In this document: positions 37,030 through 48,449 of the stretch, in pieces
Layout: every line of letters begins with the position of its first letter
Position numbering within the stretch: position 1 is the first letter of the stretch
Source: Acidimicrobiia bacterium UBA5794
GTDB taxonomy: Bacteria; Actinomycetota; Acidimicrobiia; Spongiisociales; UBA5794
Direction: 5' to 3'
Assembly: GCA_002418265.1 (NCBI GenBank)
Contig: DIDS01000014.1
Coordinates: 72,588-136,587 of the forward strand
Length of the DNA: 64,000 bases
Notes under the pieces: generated by a model
The model's database searches: none
The model's input: the letters and a program-made list of their open reading frames with translations, nothing else
What the model was told of the DNA's origin: nothing
Made by a program: the position numbers and the translations under genes

Positions 37030-38745
37030 ATGAGACGTAAGAATCTCTGGTTCTTGGCCGTTGTCGTGCTCGCACTCGTTGCAAGCGCATGTAGCAGCAG
37101 CAGTGATGAAACAACCACCACTGCTGCGCCCGAAGCTACGACAACCACACAAGCAGAAACAACCACCACCGCAGTACCGAGCCCAGACTTTGAAGGCAAG
37201 GTGCTCGATTCCGGTGGATGCGACACAGACGGATACAGTGGACGCGTCGACACCATCACGGCGATCGATGAATACACCGTCGAGTTCAAACTGTGCAACC
37301 CACACCCAGCATTCCTGGCTCAGATCGCATTCGGCGTGTTCGGCATCCAGCCCGAGGAGCACCTTGAGGCCACGGGTGGCGCACCGCTCGCCAACCCGGT
37401 CGGGACCGGTCCATTCGCAGTGAAGGAATGGCTGCGCGGCGACTCGGTCGTCTTCACCCGCAATGACGACTATTACGGCCAAGTAGCTCCCCAGGAGACC
37501 CTGGTCTTGAAGTGGTCAACGGAAAGTGCCGGACGTCTCCTTGAACTCCAATCAGGTAATGCTGACGGCATGACCTTCCCGGGTGTTCAGGATTATCCGA
37601 CCATTGAGGCCGATCCGAACCTGCAGCTGCTCAACAAGCCCGAACCGAACATCTTCTACATGGGCTTCACGAACACGTTCGCCCCATGGGACAACGTGGA
37701 TGTTCGCAAGGCTGTGGCGATGGGTATCGATCGTCAGCGAATTGTTGACACGTTCTACCCACCAGGGTCAGAGACGGCATCCCACTTCACCCCATGCTCG
37801 GTGCAGTTCGGTTGCGAAGGCGACAGCTGGTATGACTTCGATGCAGAAGCAGCCAAGACCCTGCTCGCTGATGCAGGATTCCCTGACGGCTTCGACACGA
37901 CCATCTACTACCGCGATGTAACGCGTGGCTACCTGCCGACGCCTGGTGACGTTGCAGCTGACATCCAGGCTCAGCTCAAGGAGAACCTGAACATCAACGC
38001 AGAGATCGTCGTCATGGAGTCCGGAGAGTTCATCCAGACATCGTCAGCTGGAGGCCTTGACGGCATTCACCTGCTCGGTTGGACCGGTGACTATCCGCAC
38101 ATCACGAACTTCTTGGACTTCCACTTTGCGGAGACCAACTTGCAGTTCGGTAATCCCTATCCAGAAATCTACGAGCCATTGAAGACGGCAAGCCAGACAG
38201 CAGATGCTGCAACAGCTCAGCCACTCTATGAGGAAGCGAACAACGCCATCAAGGAATTCGTTCCGATGGTCCCAATCGCACACGGCGGTGCTGCTTATGT
38301 GGCGACGTCAGCCGTGCAAGGTGCCTATGCACCACCTTGGGGTGATGTGACGTTCAACCTCTGGGACAATGGAGGGGACACAATCGTGTTCGTCCAGGGC
38401 AACGAGCCCATCTCGCTCTACTGCGCAGATGAGACCGACGGCGAATCGCTTCGTGCGTGCGCTCAGGTCGTTGAAGCCCTGTACTCATACGACAAGGACG
38501 GAAACGTGCAGCCACAACTCGCAACCGAGTGTGTGCCGAACGACGACTTGTCAGTATGGACATGCTCGCTCCGCCAAGGAGTGGTCTTCCACGATGGTTC
38601 GACCTTCGACGCAAATGACGTCGTTGTGTCGTACACGGCAGGGCTCGACGCAGCATCTCCGCTCCATACGGGGAACAGCGGCGTGTTCGAGTACTACGAC
38701 TACCTGTGGAACGGACTGATCAACGCTCCAGCAGCTGAGGGCTAA
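37030..38745 (+). CDS. Peptide ABC transporter substrate-binding lipoprotein (family 5, apparently circularly permuted)
   Basis: Lipobox ASAC; PVGTGPF; family-5 N-terminal motif LRQGVVFHDG..F.ANDV located at C-terminus. Confidence 0.9.
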   Translation: MRRKNLWFLAVVVLALVASACSSSSDETTTTAAPEATTTTQAETTTTAVPSPDFEGKVLDSGGCDTDGYSGRVDTITAIDEYTVEFKLCNPHPAFLAQIAFGVFGIQPEEHLEATGGAPLANPVGTGPFAVKEWLRGDSVVFTRNDDYYGQVAPQETLVLKWSTESAGRLLELQSGNADGMTFPGVQDYPTIEADPNLQLLNKPEPNIFYMGFTNTFAPWDNVDVRKAVAMGIDRQRIVDTFYPPGSETASHFTPCSVQFGCEGDSWYDFDAEAAKTLLADAGFPDGFDTTIYYRDVTRGYLPTPGDVAADIQAQLKENLNINAEIVVMESGEFIQTSSAGGLDGIHLLGWTGDYPHITNFLDFHFAETNLQFGNPYPEIYEPLKTASQTADAATAQPLYEEANNAIKEFVPMVPIAHGGAAYVATSAVQGAYAPPWGDVTFNLWDNGGDTIVFVQGNEPISLYCADETDGESLRACAQVVEALYSYDKDGNVQPQLATECVPNDDLSVWTCSLRQGVVFHDGSTFDANDVVVSYTAGLDAASPLHTGNSGVFEYYDYLWNGLINAPAAEG

Positions 38746-38768
38746 GCCCCGGTCGGTTACGTGAGGAA

Positions 38769-38794
38769 ACGGGGGAGGCACATGCCTCCCCCGT
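38769..38794 (+). terminator. Intercistronic hairpin after SBP gene (partial terminator or mRNA stabiliser)
   Basis: ACGGGGGAGGCA-CA-TGCCTCCCCCGT; no U-tract. Confidence 0.55.
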
Positions 38795-38839
38795 CCTCTA
38801 TGCTCACCCTCCACCGACCGAAGGCATCGCTGCTTCACC

Positions 38840-39925
38840 ATGCTCGGATTCATCACACGACGCACCTTGCTTGCAATCCCCGTCCTGCTCGGAATCATGG
38901 TCGTTGTGTTCTTCCTCATCAGAGCGATCCCTGGCGATCCATGCACCTCACTCCTTGGTGAACGAGCCACCGCCGAAGCATGCGAACGCTTCAACGAAGC
39001 CAATGGTCTCAATGACCCGATATGGGTTCAACTCGGCATCTACATGAAGAACGTCGTCACGTTCAACCTCGGAGAGTCAATTCGGTTCTCGCGACCGGTC
39101 AATCAGATCCTGATTGAACGACTCCCACTCACGATCGAGCTTGCCACTTCTGCCTTGATCCTGGCGATTGGCATTGGTGTTCCCATGGGCATCATCGCCG
39201 CCAGGCGGCACAACTCGGCGGTCGACACCGCGACAATGGCCATTGCAAACATTGGTGTGTCGATGCCCGTGTTCTGGCTCGGGTTGATGCTTGCCTATCT
39301 CTTCGCCATCATCTTGAAAGGAACGATCTTCCAGTTACCCCCGACGGGTCGACTTTCGGCGGGTGTGTTCCCGATTCCGTATTACGAGGTGTGGGGATGG
39401 GAAATCACGCCGGACACCACCTGGGCAAACCTCAACGAATTCATTGCGAACTTCTACATCTTCAACAGCTTCATCACGTTCCAGTGGGACGTCTTTTGGG
39501 ATGCCGTCAAGCACATGATCCTGCCAGCCGTCGCCCTCGCAACCATTCCGCTTGCGATCATCGCCCGAATCACACGAAGCTCGCTGCTTGAGGTGATGAA
39601 CAAGGACTACATTCGTACCGCCCGGGCAAAGGGGACACGAGAGTCTCGAGTTGTGCGGAGCCATGCAATGCGCAACTCGCTTCTGCCCGTCGTCACGATC
39701 ATTGGTCTCCAACTGGGCGCTCTCCTTGGTGGAGCGGTCCTCACGGAGACCGTCTTCAATCTTGCCGGCGTTGGGCGCGCGCTGTACGACGCCATCACCG
39801 GCCGAGACTACGCGGTGGTACAAGGGATCACCGTCGTGATCGCTCTTGGATACGTGATCGTGAACCTGTTGGTCGACCTGTCCTATGGCTACCTCGATCC
39901 ACGAATCAGGGTCGGTGGCGAATGA
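38840..39925 (+). CDS. dppB: Peptide ABC transporter permease
   Basis: IPGDP, DYIRTARAKG, ETVFNLAGVG, RDY, DPRI. Confidence 0.9.
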   Translation: MLGFITRRTLLAIPVLLGIMVVVFFLIRAIPGDPCTSLLGERATAEACERFNEANGLNDPIWVQLGIYMKNVVTFNLGESIRFSRPVNQILIERLPLTIELATSALILAIGIGVPMGIIAARRHNSAVDTATMAIANIGVSMPVFWLGLMLAYLFAIILKGTIFQLPPTGRLSAGVFPIPYYEVWGWEITPDTTWANLNEFIANFYIFNSFITFQWDVFWDAVKHMILPAVALATIPLAIIARITRSSLLEVMNKDYIRTARAKGTRESRVVRSHAMRNSLLPVVTIIGLQLGALLGGAVLTETVFNLAGVGRALYDAITGRDYAVVQGITVVIALGYVIVNLLVDLSYGYLDPRIRVGGE

Positions 39926-40875
39926 TCTCGCGCCAGAAGTCCATCGAGATCCTTGAAGCCCAATCGGCCCAACACGATCTGCTTGACAAGCCGCTGAGCC
40001 AATGGCGACTCACCCTCCGTCGCTTCCGGGGCCGAAGATCAGGCATGGTCGGATTGGGGATTGTTGTCTTCTTGATCCTCATGGCGATCTTTGCCCCGGT
40101 GATTGCGCCGTATCCACCGAACGAGGTGCTGATCGGCAAGGAAGATGTTGGTCCAAGGGAAAAACCGTGTATCCACATCCTTGGCTGTGACGAGAACAAA
40201 CCCCAACACATCATGGGAACGGACGGAAACGTGAGAGACGAGTTCTCTCGAATCATCTACGGCGCTCGCATCAGCCTCACACTCGGGTTCTTCACCGTCA
40301 CGATTGCCCTCCTCGTTGGAGGTTTCTTCGGGGCTATCGCCGGATACGTCGGCGGATGGTTCGACAACATCGTCATGCGGATCATGGACGTGATTCTTGG
40401 CTTCCCGTCCCTGCTGCTTGCCATTGCGATCGTCGCAGTGCTCGGCCCGGGGCTCCAGAACGCCCTCATCGCGATCGCCATCGTCGCCATCCCAGCCTAT
40501 GCACGCGTCATGCGCGCCCAAGTGCTTGCCATCAAGGAATCCGACTTTGTCCAGGCATCGGTTGCTCTCGGTTCCTCAAGCCGACAGCTGCTGCTTCGCC
40601 GCGTCATCCCCAATGCTCTGACTCCGCTCGTCGTCCTCGCCACATTGGGGGTTGCGACCGCTATCCTCGAAGCAGCAGGACTCTCATTCCTCGGCCTCGG
40701 AGCGCAGCCACCAAACCCCGAGTGGGGATCGATGCTCGCCCAGGAACGAAACAACCTTTTCACGTCGCCTCTTCTTGTCTTTTTTCCGGGCTTTGCAATC
40801 ATGCTGACCGTGCTCGGCTTCAACCTCATGGGTGACGGACTACGCGACGCCCTCGACCCGGCCCTGAATCGATGA
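39922..40875 (+). CDS. dppC: Peptide ABC transporter permease
   Basis: GTD..RD.FSR, LSFLGLG..PP.PEWG, GDGLRDALDP. Confidence 0.9.
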   Translation: MISRQKSIEILEAQSAQHDLLDKPLSQWRLTLRRFRGRRSGMVGLGIVVFLILMAIFAPVIAPYPPNEVLIGKEDVGPREKPCIHILGCDENKPQHIMGTDGNVRDEFSRIIYGARISLTLGFFTVTIALLVGGFFGAIAGYVGGWFDNIVMRIMDVILGFPSLLLAIAIVAVLGPGLQNALIAIAIVAIPAYARVMRAQVLAIKESDFVQASVALGSSSRQLLLRRVIPNALTPLVVLATLGVATAILEAAGLSFLGLGAQPPNPEWGSMLAQERNNLFTSPLLVFFPGFAIMLTVLGFNLMGDGLRDALDPALNR

Positions 40876-41999
40876 AAAAGCCACGAACTCCCAATCAGAA
40901 TTCCGTGATCGCGATGGACCCACCCCTCATCGAGATGTCGGAACATCTTCTCGAGATCAAGGGACTCAAGACACACTTCGACACCCGCGACGGAGTCGTC
41001 AAGGCAGTCGATGGGGTTTCGTTGAAGGTCAAGCGAGGCGAGGTTCTCGGCATCGTCGGAGAATCCGGATGTGGTAAATCAGTGACGGCGCTGTCGATCA
41101 TGGGTCTGATCCCACACCCAGGAAAAGTCGTGGCGGGTGAAATCCTGTTCAACGGGCAGGACATCGCACAAATGAATCCCGACGACGTTCGCAAGCTACG
41201 CGGCGAACACATTTCGATGATCTTCCAACAACCCGGAAGTGCGCTCAACCCGGTCCAGAGAGTCGGTGTCCAGATCAAGGAAGTGTTCAAGCTCCATCGC
41301 GACTGGGACGACGATCTTGAGGACGAGAAGGTCATTGAGATGCTTGCCAAGGTTGGCATCCCGGATCCGAAGTCACGTGCCCGCGCCTACCCCCACGAGC
41401 TCTCCGGTGGCATGGCCCAACGGGTCATGATCGCAATGGCGCTGGCCTGTGAGCCCGAGCTGTTGATCGCTGACGAACCGACAACCGCGCTCGATGTCAC
41501 GATTCAGGCCCAGATCCTCGATCTGATCCGAGACCTCCAGGAGACGTCCAGGACCGCTGTTCTCCTGATCACCCACGATCTCGGCGTTGTTGCCGAGATG
41601 GCTGATCGTATTGCGGTGATGTATGCCGGTGAGGTTGTCGAAGAGACCGATGTCAGCACCCTGTTCAAGTACCCGAAGCATCCCTACACCCAGGGTCTGA
41701 TCGCATCGATCCCCGTCCTCGGATCGATCGTCGACACCCTTGAGACCATCCCAGGCGTCGTCCCGAACCTGATCGATCTGCCACCGGGATGTCGGTTTGC
41801 CTCACGATGTGTCTCACGGATCCAGCACGAACTCGAGATCTGTACACAGAAAAGGCCCGAGCTGCGCGAAATCGCACCCGGACACCACGTGCGCTGCTTC
41901 CTTTACGAGGAGGAATATGTGTCCCAAGCAGATCGTGAAGCCGTAGCAGAATTCAACGTGGCGTCGGCCCCGGTCGACAGTGTGATCGACGATGAGTGA
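40872..41999 (+). CDS. dppD: Peptide ABC transporter ATP-binding protein
   Basis: [32 protein letters not shown]. Confidence 0.92.
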   Translation: MKKPRTPNQNSVIAMDPPLIEMSEHLLEIKGLKTHFDTRDGVVKAVDGVSLKVKRGEVLGIVGESGCGKSVTALSIMGLIPHPGKVVAGEILFNGQDIAQMNPDDVRKLRGEHISMIFQQPGSALNPVQRVGVQIKEVFKLHRDWDDDLEDEKVIEMLAKVGIPDPKSRARAYPHELSGGMAQRVMIAMALACEPELLIADEPTTALDVTIQAQILDLIRDLQETSRTAVLLITHDLGVVAEMADRIAVMYAGEVVEETDVSTLFKYPKHPYTQGLIASIPVLGSIVDTLETIPGVVPNLIDLPPGCRFASRCVSRIQHELEICTQKRPELREIAPGHHVRCFLYEEEYVSQADREAVAEFNVASAPVDSVIDDE

Positions 42000-42990
42000 C
42001 CAGCCGCTCATTGAGCTGACCGATCTGGTCAAGCAGTTCCCGGTCAGGGGTGGGGTCCTCCAGCGACAGGTCGCGACGGTCAATGCCGTCGCTGGTGTGA
42101 GCATGACGATCTCGCGCGGCGAGACCGTTGGGCTCGTCGGTGAGTCGGGATGCGGCAAATCCACCCTTGGCCGTTTGCTGACACGGCTGCTTGAACCGAC
42201 GTCAGGGAAAATCATCTTCGACGGCGCCGACATCACACACCTCCAAGGCAAGCAGCTCAAGCCGTTCCGGAAACGTGTCCAGATCATCTTCCAAGATCCG
42301 TACTCCTCCCTTGATCCACGGACCCAGGTCGGGAACTCGATCTCAGAGGGTCTCAAGCTCCACGGCATCGGGGACAAGGATGAACGGCGCGACCGAGTCA
42401 CCAAGATGCTCGAACTCGTGGGGCTTGAGGCACATCATGCGAGCCGATTCCCACACGAATTCTCTGGAGGACAACGTCAGCGGATCGGCATCGCGCGAGC
42501 TCTCATCCTCGAGCCCGATTTCGTTGTTGCTGACGAACCCGTGTCGGCGCTCGATGTCTCCGTCCAAGCCCAAGTCCTCAACCTGTTGAAGGAGTTACAG
42601 TCGGAGCTGGATCTGACACTGTTGTTCATCGCGCACAACCTCGCGGTGGTCGAGCACATCTCGGACCGTGTCGCCGTCATGTATCTGGGCAGAATTGCAG
42701 AAATCACCGACCGCGAGAGCCTCTACAAGAACCCGCTCCATCCCTACACCGAAGCATTGCTCTCTGCGATCCCGATCCCCGACCCCGATCGTCCCCGGAA
42801 TCGCACGATTCTCCAGGGCGAGGTGCCCTCCCCGATCGACCCACCATCGGGGTGCTTCTTCCATCCGCGGTGCCCGATCGCTGTCGAAGGTGTGTGCGAT
42901 GTCGAGGTACCCCAACTCGAGCAATCGACGACGAGCGCTGATCACCTCGCGGCCTGCCACGTCCGAACGGGCCGCCTGAGCCGGCTGTGA
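41992..42990 (+). CDS. dppF: Peptide ABC transporter ATP-binding protein
   Basis: [28 protein letters not shown]. Confidence 0.92.
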   Translation: MSDQPLIELTDLVKQFPVRGGVLQRQVATVNAVAGVSMTISRGETVGLVGESGCGKSTLGRLLTRLLEPTSGKIIFDGADITHLQGKQLKPFRKRVQIIFQDPYSSLDPRTQVGNSISEGLKLHGIGDKDERRDRVTKMLELVGLEAHHASRFPHEFSGGQRQRIGIARALILEPDFVVADEPVSALDVSVQAQVLNLLKELQSELDLTLLFIAHNLAVVEHISDRVAVMYLGRIAEITDRESLYKNPLHPYTEALLSAIPIPDPDRPRNRTILQGEVPSPIDPPSGCFFHPRCPIAVEGVCDVEVPQLEQSTTSADHLAACHVRTGRLSRL

Positions 42991-43040
42991 GCCGAAAGCT
43001 GTGAGCCGAAAGCTGAAATAGTTGGGCGCAGAGCGTCCGA

Positions 43041-43754
43041 CTATTTCTTCAATACGAGTCGAATCGCCACAATCGCGGCTTCATACAAGATGTAGAGCGG
43101 CACGGCGAGCATCATCAGGGTGAGTGGATCCCCGCTGGGGGTGATGACGGCTGCGGCAATGAGGATCAAGACAATGGCCCACCGGCGGTTGGAGCGAAGG
43201 GTCTTGCTCGTCAGCATGCCGAATGCGGCGGCGGCGAAGAGGAACACCGGGAACTGGAATGCAATCCCGAACGCGAGAAGGAACCGCATTGCAAATTTCA
43301 GGTAGTAGTCGGCACCGATGACAGGAACAAGGGCGTCCCCTCCAAAGCCAAGGAGAAAAACCAGTCCACGCTCGAGCGCCAGATACCCCACGAACACGCC
43401 AAGAAGAAAGAGAAACGCAAGGACAGCGACGATCGGAATGACCCAGCGTTTTTCACGCTTCGACAACGCAGGTTCGACGAACCGCCACACCTGATAGGTG
43501 ATGACAGGGCTCGCAAGGATTGCCCCTCCCCACAGCGAGAGACGCATCACGACGCTGAACGCTTCGGTCACCTTGAATGTTGCAAGGGCAGCATCGGGAT
43601 CGAGCTTGCGATACGGTTCGACGAGCAAGTCGAGAATCTGCTCATTGAAGATGAAAGCGATCACCGTTCCGATGCCGAGAGCGATGACGGACTTGATGAG
43701 CCGCTGGCGCAGCTCCACGAGATGTTCGGAGAACGGCATCGTCGTCGCCGTCAT
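43041..43754 (-). CDS. tatC: Twin-arginine translocase subunit C
   Basis: MPFSEHLVELRQRL, PAL..REKR, FQFP, ITPSGDP, LYE. Confidence 0.95.
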   Translation of the reverse strand: MTATTMPFSEHLVELRQRLIKSVIALGIGTVIAFIFNEQILDLLVEPYRKLDPDAALATFKVTEAFSVVMRLSLWGGAILASPVITYQVWRFVEPALSKREKRWVIPIVAVLAFLFLLGVFVGYLALERGLVFLLGFGGDALVPVIGADYYLKFAMRFLLAFGIAFQFPVFLFAAAAFGMLTSKTLRSNRRWAIVLILIAAAVITPSGDPLTLMMLAVPLYILYEAAIVAIRLVLKK

Positions 43755-44116
43755 GACTCGGCCTCTCCGTCTTCCTCATCCTGAGATGGAACTTCGGCGA
43801 CTGGTTCAGCCGTCCCGAAACCGACACGATTTGGATCTGAACCGCTCAGGTTGGTGTCCAACATCTCGGTAAAGCTGTTGCCGGCCTGTTTCAGATCATC
43901 CTTGATTCCCTGAAGATCATCTCTGGCGGTCTTGATCGGATCGGCTGCATCGTGCCACTCGCCGGAGATCTCCTCGACAAACTGGGAGGTTGCCTGACGA
44001 GCCTTGGAGAGCAGCTCCCCCATCTTGCGCGCAAACTCCGGCAGTCGGTCGGGTCCAAAGATGATCAGGATCACAACCACGATGGTCACGATCTCTGCGA
44101 AAGAAAGACTGCCCAT
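43751..44116 (-). CDS. tatB: Twin-arginine translocase TatA/TatB subunit
   Basis: MGSLSFAEI...FGPDRLPE; ATGA overlap with tatC. Confidence 0.82.
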   Translation of the reverse strand: MGSLSFAEIVTIVVVILIIFGPDRLPEFARKMGELLSKARQATSQFVEEISGEWHDAADPIKTARDDLQGIKDDLKQAGNSFTEMLDTNLSGSDPNRVGFGTAEPVAEVPSQDEEDGEAES

Positions 44117-44149
44117 TTGTGGAACGCTACAACGTTCCACGACCTTCAG

Positions 44150-44246
44150 GGAGGCGTGCGAGCCAGCGAACCCCGTCAGTCCGACGTCGGAAAGCCCCCC
44201 TGCACCTCGCTGCGCTCGGCGCGTCCCCCCGCAAGCGGGAGGACGG
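44150..44246 (+). repeat. REP-like element copy
   Basis: Matches 2341-2445 including GCGTGCGAGCC.GCGA.CCCCGTC arm and GCAAGCGGGAGGACGG hairpin. Confidence 0.88.
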
Positions 44247-44270
44247 ATATGGGAGAAAGCTGAAAGCTCT

Positions 44271-44891
44271 CTAACCCTTCGGAGCCCATCGTGGGTAGTC
44301 GATTCCAGCGGTACGGTTGATGACAAATCCCTGCACGGTGAGCAATACGACTGCAAGCATCAGCACCGCAAGGTCGCGCGGGGTTGTGAGAATCCCGAGC
44401 GAAACGATCAGCGTGGTGGCACCGGCAGGGGGATGGGGCACCCTGAACCACACCATCAACCCTGATGTCAGCCCGAGCGACAGAGCGGCAGCCCCGACAC
44501 GGGCAAGAGTCACTTCAGTGGCGAGCGCGGGAGCTGCGTCAGTCAGACCGAATATCACCAGCGACAGGTAACCGGCGCCCGCTCCGATCCCGTGGCCCAG
44601 GATAGCGTTCCTTGGTGAGGCCGCCGGGTTCGTCGGAGTGTAGAAGAACAGAAATGCAGTGGGGCCAAGCGACGGAAAAACGAACGGGCTTCCGGTCAAC
44701 AAGGCCGCCATCGACATGATTCCGATTGACAACACGCCGTTGGCGAATGCGAACAGGCCCATCACCGTCGTCGAAGAGTGGCGCTTCACGAGATACGGGA
44801 TCTGCATCCGGCTTGCAAGGCCAAACACGATTGCATTCATCTGTCCCCCGATGGGACCCGTTGAATCGCGTTTGAACTCCGGTTCAGTCAC
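44271..44891 (-). CDS. HPP family membrane protein (possible nitrite transporter)
   Basis: PSLGPTAFL, PRNAILGH, PHPPAGAT; start uncertain. Confidence 0.85.
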   Translation of the reverse strand: MTEPEFKRDSTGPIGGQMNAIVFGLASRMQIPYLVKRHSSTTVMGLFAFANGVLSIGIMSMAALLTGSPFVFPSLGPTAFLFFYTPTNPAASPRNAILGHGIGAGAGYLSLVIFGLTDAAPALATEVTLARVGAAALSLGLTSGLMVWFRVPHPPAGATTLIVSLGILTTPRDLAVLMLAVVLLTVQGFVINRTAGIDYPRWAPKG

Positions 44892-45087
44892 GTCGCGGCA
44901 GCACCCTGTAGAACAACACGGCGCAGATCGCCAAGCCGGTGGAAACGGCCGCGGCGGTCCAGCCGAGCTGCGGATCATGCGTCATGTACGCCTCAGCCGC
45001 GATCACGAGAAGGAACAGTTGGAGACTGACGATCAACACGACGAGAGCAAGGAGCGCAGTGCTTCCAGCCGACTTTCGTTTGGCCAT
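44884..45087 (-). CDS. Small two-TM protein (DUF6755-like)
   Basis: LQLFLL..A.EAY; translationally coupled to neighbours. Confidence 0.7.
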   Translation of the reverse strand: MAKRKSAGSTALLALVVLIVSLQLFLLVIAAEAYMTHDPQLGWTAAAVSTGLAICAVLFYRVLPRRD

Positions 45088-45605
45088 CAGTGACTGCCTC
45101 CCGAAATGCCGACCGCCCATACCTCGCGGTCCCGAATGACCGTGTCGATACGGGTCAGCGGTCGTTCGGGTGGACCCGCTATCGCTTCACCCGCAACGCT
45201 GAAGAACCCTTCATGACAAGGACATTCGAACTCGAAGGTCTCGATGTCCCAGAACACCACACATCCGAGGTGCGTGCATTTCTGGCTGAAAGCAACGACC
45301 TCGTTGAGTTCGGTCCGGACGATGATTGCGGGATCCTTGTCCGTCGGGTACCGGAACAGTTTGCTTCGGCCCGGCGGGATGTCATCGATGGACATGATCA
45401 GTCTTTCAGGTCCGACGTTGGCCGGTCGAAGTGATGCTGCGAGAGCCATCAGTCCACCGCTTCCTGCAAGGGCAATGGACGCGTACGCCAAAAACCGCGT
45501 GAACTCTCGACGCGTGACCTCGTCTTCGCCCGCACTTTCATACGGAAAGTCCTTCTTCCATTGTGGATCGTCCACCGGTTGATCGGCTGTCGGCTGATCG
45601 GTCAC
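45087..45605 (-). CDS. Rieske [2Fe-2S] protein with Tat-like anchor
   Basis: VTRREF + TM; CTHLGC and CPCHEG. Confidence 0.9.
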   Translation of the reverse strand: MTDQPTADQPVDDPQWKKDFPYESAGEDEVTRREFTRFLAYASIALAGSGGLMALAASLRPANVGPERLIMSIDDIPPGRSKLFRYPTDKDPAIIVRTELNEVVAFSQKCTHLGCVVFWDIETFEFECPCHEGFFSVAGEAIAGPPERPLTRIDTVIRDREVWAVGISGGSH

Positions 45606-45606
45606 A

Positions 45607-46224
45607 TCACCTCCCAAGTCCGAAAGGATCATCTTGCCACTGGGTCGGTTTCTCACCGATCGTGATCATGACCGGTCCAGGCTCGCTGACCACGGCTGCA
45701 ACCTTTGTGCGTACGGTCTGGCGTCCGAATTGCCAATTCCGTACCAGCGTGCCAGTGCGCTTTGCTGAGAACTCCTCGTCGGATCCGTACCACAACGCCT
45801 CCGATGGACAGACGGACGCACACATCGGTTTCAACCCTTCGGAGGTGCGGTCGTAGCACATGTCGCATTTCATCATCTGGTCGAACGACGCAACGTACTT
45901 CGGGATGCCGAAAGGGCAGGCGTACACGCAGTTTGAGCACCCGATACATCGAGGCTTGAGGGAGGACTGGACGACACCAGACTCGTTCTGTTTGATTGCG
46001 TCAGCTGGGCACACCTCAGCACAGGTCGGGTCTTCACAATGCATGCACACGAGCGGGACGGTCTGTGTCGAAATCGCCCGATCAATCGTATCCAACTGGA
46101 TCAGGGAGACTCCGCGGTGGGTGTCACACTCGGCACAGGCAGCAACACAGGCACGACAGCCGATGCACCGGCTCTGATCGATGGCAAACACCGCCGTTGC
46201 CGGGTCATAGCCGCTTTGGATCAT
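45607..46224 (-). CDS. 4x[4Fe-4S] subunit (DmsB/NrfC-like)
   Basis: [40 protein letters not shown]. Confidence 0.92.
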   Translation of the reverse strand: MIQSGYDPATAVFAIDQSRCIGCRACVAACAECDTHRGVSLIQLDTIDRAISTQTVPLVCMHCEDPTCAEVCPADAIKQNESGVVQSSLKPRCIGCSNCVYACPFGIPKYVASFDQMMKCDMCYDRTSEGLKPMCASVCPSEALWYGSDEEFSAKRTGTLVRNWQFGRQTVRTKVAAVVSEPGPVMITIGEKPTQWQDDPFGLGR

Positions 46225-48449
46225 TGGTCACCCTGCAACGTGAGGTCGCGGTCGTCGAGCAGGTCGCGGCGACCTGTGCCCTTCGCCACCTTGACGGCGC
46301 TGACCTTGTATTCCGGAATACCCGAGATCGGATCGATGGCACGTTGCGTCAGAAGATTTGCCGACTTGTCACTTGGCCAGTGATACGGGATGAAAACGGT
46401 ATCTGGTCGAATCGTCTCGACAACCTTTGCCGGAGCCACCATGGTTCCACGCCGCGAGGTGATGCGCACGATGTCGCCGTCGGTAACACCCAAATTGGTC
46501 GCAAGTAGGGGGTGCATCTCGCACAGGGGTTCGGGATACTGATCAACCAGTGCTCCGATCCTTCGAGTCTGTGTTCCCGACAGGTACTGGCTCACCACGC
46601 GCCCGGTCGTAAGGTACAGCGGGTAGTCCGAGTCAGGAACCTCGGCCGATTCGCGCCAAGGGGTCGGGATGAACTTCGCCCGCCCGTCCGGGTGGAAGAA
46701 CTTTCCTCCCTCATAGAGCCGTGGTGTTCCTGGATGTCCGATCTCGGGTGCAGGCCAGAACACACCCTGCTCCTTGACGACGCGATCCCACGTGATGCCG
46801 TAGTAGTCGGCAGTCCCGCCACGGGAGGCTCTCCTGAGTTCGTTGAAGATGTCTTCGGTTGTCTCGTAGTCAAAATACTGTTTGGCCCCCAGCCGATCGG
46901 CGATGTCGCAGATGATCTCCCAGTCCCGGCGAGCGTTGCCAGGCGGACTGACCGCAGCATTGATCTTGACGACCCGACCCTCAAGGGTCGTGACCGTACC
47001 TTCATCCTCCTCATGAAGCGAGCCCGGCAACACGACATCTGCGTGTTGGGCGGTCTCGGAGAGGAAGAAGTCGATGTTGACGTAGTAGTCGAGTTTCCCG
47101 AGCGCTTCTCGTGTGAAGTTGGCGTCGGGGAGCGAAACGAGCGGGTTGAAGCAGATCGACAGCAGACCCTTGATCCGACCCGCATGAATCTCATTCATGA
47201 TCTCCTGGGCCGTGAGACCCTTGCCGGGGAGCTGTGACTCTTCGATACCCCATACGTCGGCGATGAAGGCACGATCGTCCGGGTTCTCAATGTTGCGGTT
47301 GCCTGGCAACTGGTCGCATTTGTGGCCGTGCTCACGTCCACCCTGGCCATTGCCCTGTCCGGTGATCGTGCTCACGCCCGAGCCGGGTTTTCCATACTTG
47401 CCGGTCGCCAAGCCGAGATTGATGCATGCAAGAACGTTGTCGACACCCTTCGTGTGGTGTTCAATCCCACGTGCGTGCAGCAGCATCCCCGTCGCTGAGG
47501 TTCCCCAGATCTCGGCTGCTTCTTCGATTCTCGAAGCTGGCACCCCGGACACCCGCGCAGCCCAGTCAAGCGTTGCGCCCGACACGGCTGCTGCGGCCTC
47601 TTCGAAGCCGTTCGTATGGTTGTCGATGAAATCGTGATCGAGCCAATCGCGTTCAATGATGAGGTTGAACATGGCCGACAACACTGCGAGATCGGTACCC
47701 GGTCGGACGCCGAGAAATACGTCGGCGGTACGTGCGGCCGGGGTGACCCGGGGGTCCATGTAGATGAGCTTTGCGCCGTTGTCACGCGCACGCCAGATGT
47801 AGCTGGTTGTGATCGGTGCACATTCCGCGATGTTCGCCCCTGCCACGAACACGACATCGGTGAGAGGGATGTCTGACCAAGGGTTGGCAGCACGATCGAC
47901 GCCGAGCGCCTTCTTTCCAGCCGCACCCGCCGAGACCATGCACAAACGGCCGTTGTAGTCGAGGTTGGCCGTTCCGACGGCGACTCGTGCGAACTTGCCC
48001 ATGAGATACGATTTCTCGTTCGTGAGCGACACACCCGAAAGGACGGCGAAGGAGTCAGCCCCATGTTCGGCCTGGATCCGTTTGATCTCGGACGCGGTGC
48101 GGTCGAGTGCCGTTTCCCAGTTGATCTTCCTGAAGCCCCCAACCGCCGATTCGTCCCGCGCCAGTGGCTCGGTGAGTCGATCGGGATGGCTTCCTTGGAG
48201 ATACCTCTTCACCCCCTTGGGGCACAACTTGCCCTCGTTGAATGGGAAGTCGTATCGCGGTTCGAAACCGACGACCTTGTTGCCTGACACCTTCAACTTG
48301 ATGCCGCATTGCTGACCGCAGAAACAGCAATGCGTATCAACGACCTTGTCGATCTCGATCCCGGCGTCCCATCCCCCCGGTGGTGTACGGTTGAGATTCG
48401 GCCCATACGTGGCAATGAGCTGCTCTTCTGTGACGGGTGTCATCGCCAT
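46221..48449 (-). CDS. Molybdopterin oxidoreductase, Nas/Nap/Fdh clade (nitrate reductase-like)
   Basis: [22 protein letters not shown] (Cys ligand), [16 protein letters not shown]; no Tat signal. Confidence 0.88.
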   Translation of the reverse strand: MAMTPVTEEQLIATYGPNLNRTPPGGWDAGIEIDKVVDTHCCFCGQQCGIKLKVSGNKVVGFEPRYDFPFNEGKLCPKGVKRYLQGSHPDRLTEPLARDESAVGGFRKINWETALDRTASEIKRIQAEHGADSFAVLSGVSLTNEKSYLMGKFARVAVGTANLDYNGRLCMVSAGAAGKKALGVDRAANPWSDIPLTDVVFVAGANIAECAPITTSYIWRARDNGAKLIYMDPRVTPAARTADVFLGVRPGTDLAVLSAMFNLIIERDWLDHDFIDNHTNGFEEAAAAVSGATLDWAARVSGVPASRIEEAAEIWGTSATGMLLHARGIEHHTKGVDNVLACINLGLATGKYGKPGSGVSTITGQGNGQGGREHGHKCDQLPGNRNIENPDDRAFIADVWGIEESQLPGKGLTAQEIMNEIHAGRIKGLLSICFNPLVSLPDANFTREALGKLDYYVNIDFFLSETAQHADVVLPGSLHEEDEGTVTTLEGRVVKINAAVSPPGNARRDWEIICDIADRLGAKQYFDYETTEDIFNELRRASRGGTADYYGITWDRVVKEQGVFWPAPEIGHPGTPRLYEGGKFFHPDGRAKFIPTPWRESAEVPDSDYPLYLTTGRVVSQYLSGTQTRRIGALVDQYPEPLCEMHPLLATNLGVTDGDIVRITSRRGTMVAPAKVVETIRPDTVFIPYHWPSDKSANLLTQRAIDPISGIPEYKVSAVKVAKGTGRRDLLDDRDLTLQGDQ

